From the NCBI RefSeq assembly GCF_009914755.1, contig NC_060927.1: a stretch of 64,000 nucleotides of DNA. One strand, given 5' to 3'. A model generated the notes under the pieces. The model worked only from the letters and a program-made list of their open reading frames with translations. It was not told where the DNA came from and made no database searches. Positions 42,461-54,990 of the stretch are shown in pieces. Made by a program: the position numbers and the translations under genes. Source of the stretch: the human T2T-CHM13v2.0 reference genome, Homo sapiens. Position 1 is the first letter of the stretch. Each line of letters opens with the position of its first letter.

Positions 42461-43380
42461 TTTTTTTGTAGTATTTCCATAGGTTTTTGGGGAACAGGTG
42501 GTATTTGGTTACATGAGTAAGTTCTTTAGTGGTGATTTGTGAGACTGTGGTGCACCCATCACTTGAGCAGTATACACTGAAGCCAATTTGTAGTCTCTTA
42601 TCTCTCACCCCCTTCCCACCCTTTCCCCACTGAGTCCCCGAAGTCCACTGTGTCATTCTCATGCCTTTGCATCCTCATAGCTTATCTCTCACTTAAGAGT
42701 GAGAACATACGATGTTTGGTTTTCCATTCCTGAGTTACTTCACTTAGAATAATATGCCATTAATTAATTCCTTTTTATGGCTAAGTAGTATTCTATCATA
42801 TATGTGTACCACAGTTTCTTTATCCACGCATTGATTGTGGACATTTGGGTTGGTTCCACATTTTTGCAATTCCAAATTGTGCAGCTATAAACATGCATGT
42901 ACAAGTACCTTTTTCATATAATGACTTCTTTTCCTCTGGGTAAATACCCAGTAGCGGGATTGCTGGATCAAATGGTAGTTCTATTTTTAGTTCTTTAAGG
43001 AACCTCCACACATTTCCATACTGGTTGTACCAGTTTACATTCCCACCAGCAGTGTAGAAGTATTCCCTTTTCACCGCATCTATGCCAACATATATATATT
43101 TTTTTATTTTTTTGCGGGAGTAAGATGGTATCGCATTGTGGTTTTGATTTGCATTTCCCTGATCATTAGTGATGTTGAGCATTTTTTCATATGTTTGTTG
43201 GCCATTTTTATATCTTCTTTTGAGAATTGTCTATTCATGTCCTTAGCCCACTTTTTGATGGGATTGTTGTTTTTCTCCTGTTAATTGTTTAAGTACCTTG
43301 TAGATTCTGGATATTAGTCCTTTGTCAGATGTATAGATTTTGAAGATTTTTCCCACTCTGTGGGTTATCTGTTTACTGAC
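42461..43380 (-). mobile_element. L1PB 3' end (5'-truncated)
   Basis: L1PB-type 3'UTR GGTTTTTGGGGAACAGGTGGTATTTGGTTACATGAG, and ORF2 C-terminus [25 protein letters not shown]...CTCMFIAA...WNQPKCP. AAGTGAA repeated at both flanks. Confidence 0.93.
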
Positions 43381-44587
43381 TGAAGTGAAGATTTATTTCT
43401 TACAGTCATTCTAGTCCTCATTTTAAAATGCAAATTTGGTACAAAGTACTCTTTTCTGAAGGGAACGTGCAGATTTCAGACACAAATACACGTTATTGTA
43501 CATTTCTAATAATCTATCACAAAAAAATCATAGAATTATAATGTATAATTTTGGAATTTATTGTTGAAGGGGGCTTTGGTGATATCTAATCCACCTTCCT
43601 CATCTTCATAAATTAAGGATCTGAAAAGTTTAAATTTATATATGGTCACATTTACCCTGGTCACACAACTGGAATGGCAGTCTAGAATAAAACTATGCTG
43701 TTTCCACTTATGTGGTAATAATGCGTTAGACCAATTACAGTCTTACACAGTCTTCATCTTCCTCCCCTTTCCTCCTTCCTTCCTGTCACAGCAGAAAAGG
43801 TGTCAGTGCTTCTGTCTGTGGTTTAATCCTCCTTCCTGTTTGGACATTTTGTATGCCCCGCCCTTCTTATCCCCCATTCACATTCCTCTCTAGCTTTTCA
43901 CATCCAGACTTCTAGAAACAGAAACACATTGTCTCTCCTTTAATTTTTTTATTTCTTAACCCACAACCGATGACAAGCATTTCACTCAAATTGCTCCTCT
44001 CAAAGTCACCAACTGCATTTTGCTGAAAGTGATAGAACTTTCTCCATGTTTTCCTTCACCACTCTGCAATACACAACACTGTTGACCACATTCTTCTCCT
44101 CGAAGTGCTCCTTCTCTCAGCTTCTGTGATACCATATGCCCCTGAGTTTCCTCTTGTCTGGTTGCTCTTTCTCACCCTCCTCATCTGTTGCCAATACCTT
44201 TAAATGTCAGTAAGTGTTTCTCAGAACTCCCTCCTAACTCCCCTCCTTTTGCAGTGCTGGTTCTGTCATAACCTAATCCACTCATAGGGGTTATAAAGAC
44301 CAACAGTTGTGAGCACTGTTGACTCACAAATCTCTGCAATACAGCCCTTTTTACCTGAATTTCATACCTGGCTGGCATCTGCAGATGGACATGCTACAAG
44401 TCCTCCAAACTCAATATGATCCTTTTGTGTCTCAACTCTGAGATGTATTACTTCTTTCCATGCTCCTGTCATTACCACCATCATCTTATACCTCAGTCAC
44501 TATAAAGCCCTGTAACTGGTCTCATGTCCTCAATCTCAGCTATATCCTCACTGCTATCAGGGTGATCTTTTTCATATGAAAATCTGT

Positions 44588-45054
44588 TGTTCCATGAAAG
44601 GGTCATATATGCAAAGTGACTCCTAAACTCAGAAGGAGCCAAGAAACCTAAGGATAAGGCTCGCAAATCCAGTTTTTCAGGAAATGGTAATTTATTTGGG
44701 AACTTACAGATGGAAGCATACTCTTGGGTGGCAGCAAGACAGGTAGATCTGCACACCACTACTGCCCAGACCGGGGCTTTTATACCACAGGGAAAGGGTT
44801 TACAGGCTCTATAGAAACAATTTAAGACAACCCACCAGAACAGGCAAGAATGCTAGGTACATCATGCCTGTGCAGTAATTTGTGCTGTACCATCAAGATT
44901 GCTTTGATCTAAAAGCAGGATTTACAGTGAGTACATGTTCTTACACTAAAGACAGCTAGTAAAATAAGAATCAGGAGGCCTTCACAGGACTGGAGTTAAT
45001 CAGAAGTCAGCATTGTGGATTAGTATTCAAGATGGAGTCACTTTTGTCTAAGCA
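44588..45054 (-). mobile_element. LTR47-like ERVL solo LTR inside an L2 (~43770-45100)
   Basis: TG...CA ends, 467 bp, perfect 5-bp TSD TCTGT (44583-44587, 45055-45059). Minus-strand start ...AAAGTGACTCCATCTTG. Confidence 0.8.
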
Positions 45055-45442
45055 TCTGTCCATGTTCACTTATCTTTTCAAAACCTCTCCTCTTCCTTCC
45101 CTTTCCATATTGTGTTCTGCATTGTCTAAGTGACCCACCAAGCAAATTTTTTGTAAAGTGGATTTTCGTTCCCTTACCTAACTTACTTTCCTCAATATTG
45201 GGTTGCCTTTCTATCTACCAAACAGTAGGATTCATACCTGTCTCTGAGTGTTTGTGGCCATTGTTTTTGAAACTTAAGAAATAGAATTGGTGTTTTGAAA
45301 ACTTGGATATTGTCGTAACACTGATAGTGATTCTGTGGGCATAGGACATTGAATGTAATTATTATGCTAGATACCCTAAGACTTATGAAATTGGCACTAA
45401 AGCACCATTAAGAGATACTGACCCACAGTTTAAATTTACTCA

Positions 45443-45744
45443 GGCCAGGTGCAGTGGTTCATGCCTGTGATCTCAGCACTTTGGGAGACCAAGGGAGGAG
45501 GCTTGCTTGAGGCCAGGAGTTTGAGACCAGCCTAGGCAACATAGTGAGACCCTGTTTCTACAAAACATTTAAAAATTAATGGGGTCTGGTGGCATGTGCC
45601 TGCGGTCCCAGCTATTCAAGAGGCTGAGGTGGGATGATTGAGCCCAGATCAAGGCTGCAGTGAGCTGTGATCATGCCCTTACACTCCAGCCTGGACAACA
45701 GAGCAAGACCCTGTCTCAAAAAAGAAAAATAAATTTTAAAAAAT
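45443..45744 (+). mobile_element. AluJ
   Basis: Full dimer with TSD AATTTACTCA on both sides. Confidence 0.93.
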
Positions 45745-46763
45745 TAATTTACTCAATCTAAATGGTTTGATTTTTAATTTTACCATGTTTGGTGTTTAAT
45801 AAACTATTCTTTGTTATTTCCATTCTTTCTGTTATAAAAGCTGTCACGAGTTACTGCTTCCAATATCATACATAAAACAGGACTAATCAAATTGGATTGT
45901 GCCAACATTTTAACTGAGGAGTCCCAGAGTATTTCCATTTGTAGTGTTGATTTAATTCTAGAAGTTTGTGTTAAGTTCCTTATTGTTTCTTTTGTTGAAA
46001 ATATTCTCTATCTTTATTTTAACATTATTTGATGAACTAAAGAGATGTAATTATTAACAAAATTATCATTTTAAAATTTTACATTGTGAATACTTAGCAT
46101 GCTGTGGTCATAAACAGTGTAATTGTGTTTGCAGTGAATAAATTGTTAGCCTAAAATAGAAAGAAGTCTTACATGAATTAGGACAAAATTTATCTTGATG
46201 TTTTGCAAATCCTTAGCCAGCTGTGAATATACAACTAAATAATACTACACTTCACAGAGAAAGCAATTTATCATGTGTGAATACATTTTTAGGAGCTTTT
46301 GTATGATTAGTTTTGAAATAGAAAAATGCAACTTGTGTAAGTAGAGAAATTTCACAAAGTAATAGCTAAATGTGTACCACATTTAGCTGTGTTTTAGGGA
46401 GGTTGTTTTTAAAAATAATTTGGAGTCACTACCTTAAGCCTTGTTTTATTATTTACCATTATTTCTCACAATCAGTATATTACATGTATACTTGTTTATT
46501 TGCTTACTGTTATCTTCCCTTCGCTAGGATATAAGTTCCATGAAATGAAGAACTTTGGACTTGTCCACTGCCAAATCTGCAGCACATAGAACAGTGCCAA
46601 CATATAGAGGGATCTTAGGATATATTTGTTGAATATATGAATAAGTGAACAAGTAAATTTTATTTAGCATCTTTTTTACTTTTTACTTATCATGTTTTGA
46701 GGATTTCTCCGTGTTACTGAAGAGTAAAATACCTTTTTAAGGAAGAAATCATGGTGTACCTAC

Positions 46764-47129
46764 TGATGTACTTTGGCAGTGTCCCCACTCAAATCTCATC
46801 TCAAATTGTAACCGCCATAATCGACACATGTCATGGGAGGAACCCAGTGGGAGGTGATTGGATCATGGGGGCAGTTTCCCTCATGCTGTTCTTTTGACAG
46901 TGAGTTCTCACAAGATCTAATGGTTTTATAAGGCGCTTTTCCCCCTTTGCTCCTCACCCTTCTCTCTCCTGTCACTCTGTGAGGAAGGAGGTGTTTGCTT
47001 CCACTTCTGCCATGATTGTCAGTTGAGGCCTCCCCAGGCATGTGGAACTGTGAGTCAATTAAACCTCTCCTCCATAAATTACCCAATCTTGGATATTTCT
47101 TTATATCAGTGTGAAAACAAACTAATACA
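46764..47129 (+). mobile_element. THE1C/D solo LTR
   Basis: TGATGTACTTTGGC...ACTAATACA, TSD CCTAC/CCTAT, and GTGAGTCAATTAAACCTCT. Confidence 0.9.
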
Positions 47130-47656
47130 CCTATTCCGTCCTCAGCACTTTTTGTCAATGTTACAAGTGTCAGTTCTTTATGAATTCATAAATCCAATAA
47201 AAAGTGTTGTTCTAGTATTTATTATGTGGCAGACATCATCACAGCTGCCTAGTATGCAAAGATAAGTAAGACACAGTGCCTGCCCTCAGGGGACTCCTAG
47301 ACTGTAAAAGACAGGCAACAACATAACCAGGGGTAAGGATAATTTATTTTGCTGGTTAGGAGTGAAACCAGGTTTTACAAAGTGGCTAACTCTGAGAAAA
47401 TGGCAACAGACTGATCACCAAAGGAAATTTAAACAAATATATGACAATTAGAGAGTGATAGAAGAGGATAGTGATATTCAAAAGAAATAAGACTAAGTAC
47501 AAATAGAACACACAGATTTCCAGGTCCCATCAGGGAACAAGTTCAATATAAGTCAGTAGTTTTCATACATCAAGAACTGATGTGAAACAAAAATATTAAG
47601 AATAGAGCCTCCAAAACCAAAAAAGTAATATTTTTCTTCCCGTAGAAGAGAAGCTG

Positions 47657-47716
47657 GTCTTTACTAAAGTAGCAAATTCAAATCTAGTCTTTACTAAAAT
47701 AGCAAATTCAAATCTG
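47657..47716 (+). repeat. Tandem duplication 2 x 30 bp
   Basis: GTCTTTACTAAAGTAGCAAATTCAAATCTA / GTCTTTACTAAAATAGCAAATTCAAATCTG. Confidence 0.95.
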
Positions 47717-47788
47717 TTCTCATTTGATCATCCTTTTACCTATTATGTGCAGAGAGTCATCTTAAAGTTAGATTACAAAAAATTAAGA

Positions 47789-49675
47789 GGTGAGTCATGA
47801 TGGCTCTTGCCTATAATCCCAACACTTTGAGTGGCTGAGGCAGAATGATCACTTGAGCCCAGGAGATCAGAACCAGCCTGGGCAAAATAGGGAAAGCCCA
47901 TCTGTACAAATATATATATATATATTTTTTTTTTTAATTAGCTGAGCATGGTGGCACATGCCTGTGGTTCCAGCTACTCAAGAGGTTGAGGTGGGAGGAT
48001 TGCTTGAGCCCAGGAGATGGAGGCTGCAGTGAGCTGCGATCATACCACAGGATCCTTTGTAATAGTGTCACAGGATCCTTCAGGTGTTGCTTTTCTAGCC
48101 AGAAACTTCTGTGGTAGGTGGTGCCTTTGCTTGGGTTTTGCTTGGGCCCACTGGGCTCATTCCACCCACTTGGCCTGGAATCAGCTGTGCTTGACTCATG
48201 CTACCAGCCTGGATCCCACATCTGCCAAGGGTGAGCCAGGCACGGAGCAGTGAGAGGTGTGTGAGCAAACAATCATGGAATCTAGTCACTGTGCATAGCC
48301 AGGCATGCCAGCTGCTGTGGTGGGGCAGGCAGCTCCATGCAAGACTGTGGCTAGATCAGACGTACCACAAGTGACTTCTGCTACAGGCACCTGCATCTGA
48401 ACAATGCATCTGAACGCAGTGGCAACCAGAAACTTGGAGACCCCAGGAACAGCAGAGCCTCAAAAAGGATGTCAACAGTCCTAGCTCAGGGAGCCCCTAG
48501 GCCTGGGCTCCCCAGAGGGCCGTAGCTCTTCTCTCTTTCTCTTCACCCACAAGATGGTGAGTTGGGGGGTAGGGGGGGTATGTTTCAGCACTGTTTGTAT
48601 TACAGCTCTTTCAGTCTCACCATTTGGTGGGTCCCAAGTTCTTGTTCCACATCCAGGAAGAATGAGATTCGGACAACTGGAGGGTGAGCAAGGTGGAAAG
48701 GAGCTTCACTGAGTGACAGAATGGCTCTCAGGAGACCTGAAATGTGTAGCTCCTTTTTGCAGGCAGCTTGTCCCAATGAATGTCCAGCTCTCAGCAGAGA
48801 GGAGACCTGTAGTGGCTAGCTCCTTTCTGCAAGCAGGTCATCTAGAGGAGTGTGTAAGTCTGGCTGAGTCTGGGGTTTTTATGTGCTCAGAATGGAGGCA
48901 GTACATGCTGACTGGTCCATGGGCTGTCACGGGTGGGCCTGGAGAAAGCACCATCTGGTTGGCCAGGTGGTCATCAATGAAGTTCTCACTCCAGGCTGCA
49001 GACTTTGCTCAGAACTGGCAGCCCAGCCCACAGGCTTCAGGCCATCCCCAGCCTGAAGGTGGAGTTTCACTGGGGACCTGCCCCTTCCCGCCTAGGAACC
49101 TATCTGCTTTTCATACCATCCATGGCACCCAGGCTGTCTGTGCCAAGAGGCGCCCACAGGTCCATGCCAAGCTGCCCGCAGTGCCCCCGGCCTCCCTCCT
49201 GCACTCGTAGGTGTCTAAAGTCTGGAAGGAGCCTGTGCAGCAGGGGGCTGGTGTGTCAGTGCTGCCCTGAGCATGTTCATACCCAGCTGGGTTGTGATAG
49301 CACCCAGGCCCACCCACAACTTTGCTCCACCTCAGAGTGGATGCCCAGAGCTGGGAGAGGCCAGGGAGTGGGAACAGGTACTTTGAAGCCTATGGGGGCA
49401 GGGAGCTTCCTAGGCCCCCAAGAGTGCAGGGATGCCTTGGTCTGGAGCCATGGCTGGGTGGCTGCAGCTGTGCCTAGCAGCACAGGGCTCCTGCCCCGCC
49501 AGCTTAGTAGAGGGTGGGGCTCCCGCCTGATCCCAGCCCCGACCGGTTCCATGGAGGGTGCAGCCCTCGCTGCGCCTCCCCCACTACAGCTGGCATCCGT
49601 ACAGCAGCTGCTGCAGAGAGGCCACTGCCGCCATGAACAGAGCAAGACCTTGTCTCAGGAAAAAAAAAAAAAAAA
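47789..49675 (+). mobile_element. AluJ split by a MER52 LTR (pieces 47789-48065 and 49637-49675)
   Basis: Alu runs to GCGATCATACCAC and resumes ACAGAGCAAGACCTTGTCTC plus A tail after the LTR. (TA)n in the middle linker. Confidence 0.9.
48066..49636 (-). mobile_element. MER52-type ERV1 solo LTR (copy 1)
   Basis: 1571 bp, GC-rich, ends TGTCACAGGATCC...GCCGCCATGA. 4-bp TSD ATAG/ACAG. Colinear with copy 2. Confidence 0.88.
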
Positions 49676-52199
49676 GAAGAGGATTCAGAGATCCAAGAAA
49701 GGCATAAAGGTGGAAAATAAAAGCCATTTTAAATGCTGTAAAATTGCTTAGTACAGAAAAAGGATTTCTACCTTCCTAACTTTCCAGTAACTGAAGGGCA
49801 TTGACAAAATGGTTTTTTGAACAGAAATAGAGGAAAGGGCCTTATATGTAGCAAAATAAAAATGAAACTAAGCATTAGAGAAACCTTTCTAGTGTAAGAA
49901 ATATTAACCAAATACTTGAAAGTCAGTAATTGGCGAAACTGCCTTCTTTGATTTAGGGGGACATCCTGCATTTTGTTGGCGGTCTAGAAACAAAGATTTA
50001 TTGTTTCCAATGATTTGGATAAATAGGGTATTCTTTGATTCAAAATTATTAGATACAACATTTTAGCAAATATATGAAGTATCAATGGCTTTTGTAATCT
50101 TAACATATAAATAATGAGAGTTAGATTTGGATTTGGGTTTTGATCTTCCCAAAGGAAAATTAAATTCATCAAAGCAAAGAAGCCCAGCTGGCATAAGCAC
50201 TTGACAGATTCAAAAAAGATAGGACTGTTGGTTGTCTATAATATATTCTATTCTCAACCTTTTGTTTCAGCTTTAACATTTCTATCCTTTCAAATGCTAC
50301 TCTATCCCGTCCACCTGCATCAAATGAGTAATAGCGTTTTACAAGTAGTAGCAATTTTTCTGAATGTAAGACAATGAGTGGCCATCTTTAGAAGGAAATT
50401 GCTTTTTAAGAATCAGGCTATCGTTTCTCATTTGAACTAATTAGTTGGTGCCTTCAGAGCTTTGCTTTCATATACTATGTATATCGTAGTTGTACTACGT
50501 CCTTTGCATTTGTTTCCATCTATAAAGAGTACAATTAGCCTTTTTAATGCTTAGTTCAGTCACAATTAAAGCTCCCCTAATGGTTAGGGATTGGTCTTTC
50601 CAAGGCTGAGAAGGTGTTTTTAATTATTCATTCCTCTGTTTGTGTCTTACAGCAGCCTCAGCTGTGCTTTATTATTCAAAGGTTAATGCAAACTGAGAAG
50701 TGGATAAATTAAATCTGCCTGGCAGCCAACAACCCAACATGTTAGCAGACACTGTAAGATGGGGATGGGCAGTGTAAGTTATTTCCATTATTGCAGCACT
50801 GCCAAAAGCAAAAACCACTAAATCCTTCAAAGATAGCCGACGTTGACAGGAATTATTAAGGGATACTACAAGTTGATGGTTCTTAAATAGCAGATCTTCT
50901 GTAAAATCTGTGTTTGTTTTGCTTACAAAGAGAAGGTAGTGGCAGAAATCTGAGAGGCAATAATAGCTACTGTAGAAAATTGATGTAGATACCATGACTA
51001 GTGAACTCTGTATAGTATTAAATCACCAACTCGAGTGCTAGAAGTCACTTCTATAAATGTTTTACAACAGCCAACTGCAAAATCTCACATGAAAGCTAGG
51101 GCATAATAGACCATCCTTAGACAACTAAGCAATTGAGTAGTGAACTGTGACATAATGTGAAAGTGCTGTCATAACTTCACTCTTTTGAGCAACAAGATGT
51201 TTCTAGAGCCTTTCATTTGCTTCCTTTTGAAAATGTGTATTTATAGAACTCAGAATTTTATAGACTCTTAAGAGGGTGCCCTCTAGAAATACTGACCACA
51301 AATGATGTGGAAGGAAAATAACTCATTTTATCAAGGGAAGTAGAGTTTATGAATATACCAAAAGCCAAAAAGTAAACTTGCGTCTTCTGTTTGGTTGCTT
51401 ATCATCTCTTTCCACCAGGATATTCTGTGTGGCTCATCTCTTAAAAACTTGTTTCCAGCTGGGGCTACACCTCCACCAAGAGCCTTCAGAGCTCAATTAA
51501 TTACCTTCCATCACTTTTCTGTGGAACAGAAAAGGAAGATAAACCTATGTCATGCTGCCCACGCTGTTCTTGACTCCCTTTGACCGAAAACCCATCTGTC
51601 TTCCTAACCTTTGCTGATGGACTAAAGGAAAGAAGGAAGGATAGGTGATGAAATCTGAAATCTGTGCCTGTCATTGACAGCCTGGATTATTATTATTTTT
51701 TTTTAACACAAAGCCTAATTCTTTCATGAAAGCCACTGCAAAGTTTTAGGAAATCCAGGTTTATGAGATTAAATAGGGATTTAAGGAGGAAAAAAGTAAG
51801 TAGAGCAACCTGATTTGAGAATAATAATCCTATCTCACTTAGTTGTCACTAAGGTTAAAGAAGATGATGAATGTGAAAATGTTTTGTCAACTTGATAAGC
51901 CTATCCAGAGATTAAATATTGTTAAATAAATTGCCAAATAACTAACTGAATGTTATTATATAAATATTGTTAGTTTAATTGCTAAGTGTTTAGGAGATAT
52001 TAGGACATACCTATAATTTCTTCAGACTATAATAACTCTAATCTGTACTTTTATTGGCACTTGTTTGTAATTCTAGTCAATTCTGGTCTCTTAAACAGAA
52101 AGGTAGTGAACTAATGTTGACACCATTTAGTTTATCATTGCTGCTATGGTCTTCTGTATCTCCTGCTTTCAGTCCACACTAAGCCTTGCTGTCAGAGTG

Positions 52200-53310
52200 T
52201 TGCATGGAAAAGAAGATGAGCTTTTCAGTGCTCGTCTAGGTTTGAAATACAGTTTCATCATTTACTGTGTAACCATTGCCAAGCCACTGAATTTCTTTGA
52301 CCTTTAGTTTTAGATAACATTTAAGTTTGCAGAGTGACAGTAATTTGAAAAATATATGTGAATGATAATACTTAGATTTTTAAAGAACCTACTCTTTGCC
52401 AGACACTACATTTGACACTGCATGTATGTAAATATAAAATGTCTTAATTCTTATTATAACTTCACACGGTAAAAAGTGTTACCTTTTTTACAGATAAGAG
52501 AACTGAGGCTCAGTGGTATGAAAGGTGTCTGGCTTAATGTCTGGCACACAGAAGATGCTCAGTAAATGGTGAATATTCTTATGTGGATTTTATTATGTGT
52601 TTCCTATTTAGAAATTTCCACTAGTGCCTATCAAACTTTTAATGTACACACCAATCATCCAAGGACCTTGTCAAAAATGTAGTTTCTCATTCAGTAAGTT
52701 TGCCCAGTGCTGCTTCTTACTGGACCACACTTTGAGGCCCTCAGTGACTCCATAGTCTGTAATAGTAGTTCTATCATGGTGATTCTAGTTGTTCATTAGA
52801 TTCTGATTCATCTGGTCTGATTTGGGATCTAGGCCTTTTTGTTGTTGGGGCAGGGTGGGAGTTCCAGAAGCTGTTCAAGCTCTTTTTAAAGCAGTGGACT
52901 CCTTTTATTCAAAGAGTATTTAAAGAAATTATGTACTGACAAGGTACACAAACACAGCGGAGTTTGTCTTGTTGAATCTCAGCTGGGGAGGGAGCAGCGA
53001 ACTTAATGACCCCAAAAGACCTCAGTGGAGCCCTGCAGCTCCTAGGAGCAACAAATTTGAATATCACGGTTCTCCAGAGTACTTTTGCAATTCTTTATTA
53101 CGTCATTTAAGGCCCTACACTATCTAACCTCAGCCATCCTGGTATATCTGCTGTTCTTCCAAAGGGCAACCCGCTTTCTTCTCCCTGCCTTTTTCCATGA
53201 AGTGCCTTTAGCCTGTTATGCTTTATCTCCCTATACCAGTTAAAATCCACTTCACCTTTCCAGCCCAGCTTAATTGCTTAATTGCCACCCCTTTTATGAA
53301 GCCTTTCCCT
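52200..53310. mobile_element. Mixed MIR, MER5-like and L2 fragments
   Basis: MIR TTTTACAGATAAGAGAACTGAGGCTCAG (~52490), MER5A-like GGACCACACTTTGAG (~52725), and L2-like sequence at ~53090-53310. Confidence 0.5.
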
Positions 53311-53639
53311 GGAGGAGATGTAGTTCATGTCAGAACCTCCTGTGGGACTTGTTCAAACCATATACTTATCCTGAGAGAACCTAATGTTTCTTTTTCTCAG
53401 GTCGGTGCTGAAATGAAACATGGTACTACTGTGGTATAAGACAGGGTGAAGAAGCTCACCTACCAGGAAATGAAAACTTTTTTTTTTACAGGGTTCCCAT
53501 AGCATCTTGATTATGAATCCTGTGGAACAAATACGTCTTACCTTCTCTCTTGTTGCCCAGACAGGAAGCCCTTTGGGAATCAAGAATGTTCTTTATCTTG
53601 CCTAGATCACAGTACAGTGATGAGCACTGATGCAAGATG

Positions 53640-54001
53640 TGTATTACTCCATTTTCGTACTGCTGTGAAGAAATACCCAAGACTGGGTAATTTATAAAGA
53701 AAAGAGGTATAATGAACTCACAGCTTCACATGGCTGGGAAGGCCTCACAATCATGGCGCGAGGTGAAGGGGGAGCAAAGGCAGGTCTTACATGGTGGCAG
53801 GCAAGAGAGCTTATGCAGGGGAACTGCCCTTTATAAAACCATCAGATCTCGTGAGGCTTATTCACTGTCAGGAGAACAGAATGGGAAAGACCCACCCCCA
53901 TGATTCAATTACCTTCCACTGGGTCCCTCCATGACACATGGGGATTATGGGAGCTACAGTTGAAGAAGAAATTTGGGTGGGAACACAGTCAAGCCATATC
54001 A
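53640..54001 (-). mobile_element. THE1B-like solo LTR
   Basis: TGTATTACTCC...GACTGGGTAATTTATAAAGAAAAGAGG...GCCATATCA, 362 bp. Confidence 0.9.
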
Positions 54002-54121
54002 GTGGGTAACTACTGAAAATAAGTCTCAACACCATATAGCTAGTATTTTAGTCCTGTGGGAGTCTTGATTTCCTGAAGTAATCATAGAAAAGTTTTTAAG
54101 TGAGTCCACTTAACACTACCT

Positions 54122-54425
54122 TTTTTTTTTTTTTTTTTTTTGAGATGGAGTCTCGTTCTGTGACCCAAGCTGGAGTGCAGTGGCACGATCTTGGCTCACT
54201 GCAACCTCCACCTCCAGGGTTCAAACCTCCCAAGTAATCTCAGCCTCCCAAGTAGCTGGGAGTACAGGTGCCTATAACCACACCCAGCTAATTTTTGTAT
54301 TTTTAATAGAGACAAGGTTTCACTGTGTTGGCCAGGCTGGTCTCGAACTCCTAACGTCAAGTGATCCACCCACCTCGGTCCTCCCAAAGTGTTGGGATTA
54401 CAGGCATGAGCCTCCACGCCTGGCC
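54122..54425 (-). mobile_element. AluSx-like
   Basis: Full dimer with TSD T(T/C)AACACTACCT. Confidence 0.95.
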
Positions 54426-54990
54426 TCAACACTACCTCTTGTTGGCAATCAATCAATATCTTTTATTGTTGGATTATTATTTACAGAGCCTATTTTAGCC
54501 ATCTAGCACTTTTCTTCTTGAACAGGTCTGACATTTAGCCTTTCTTCCCCTATTAAAACAAAAACAAAAACAAACAAAAAAAAAACCTCTCTTGTTTTTG
54601 TTGAAGTAGTAATGTGTGTATATCATGGAGGTGAGAGGATTAATTGTAAAGCCACTGTTTCAGAGTATGTGGGAACTTTGGCCTGGCGCTGCCTTCAGAT
54701 GTTATAGGATGGATGATGCAAAACTGAAGGTATTCTTCACTGAATTATAAACCAAGAATGGTGGGACTTATCAGGTCATTTGTGCATTTCTTTCATGATC
54801 TCAGAATTTAATGGGGAGAAGTATGGGGGACAGAGAGAGACATTAGCATGCAAGATGTCATACAGCTGGTATAGAAAATGGAAATTAGAGCCTTTAAAGA
54901 GAAACTCTTACTGTTTCCATGGTATAAGTGCAGAGGTCAAGGAGGAGGTGAGCCCTACTAGTTTCTTGCTTTGCCTGGTAACAACAGTAG

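Noticed and set aside
47657-47716. CRISPR-like 30-bp repeats (also short duplications at ~2012-2066, ~2440-2463, ~35498-35529)
   Set aside because: Two adjacent copies without spacers in eukaryotic DNA: ordinary slippage duplications.
48058-48070. MER52 copy 1 as a templated duplicate of copy 2 (both preceded by AATAG ancestrally)
   Set aside because: GTAATAG is explained by the Alu's GCAACAG target with an ACAG TSD, and the two LTRs differ by many substitutions and indels.
49005-49751. 248-aa ORF (longest in the track) and other ORFs at 48713-49645 and 55017-56697
   Set aside because: They lie in GC-rich MER52 LTR sequence where stops are rare. No domain is recognisable and the frames are not preserved between the two LTR copies.
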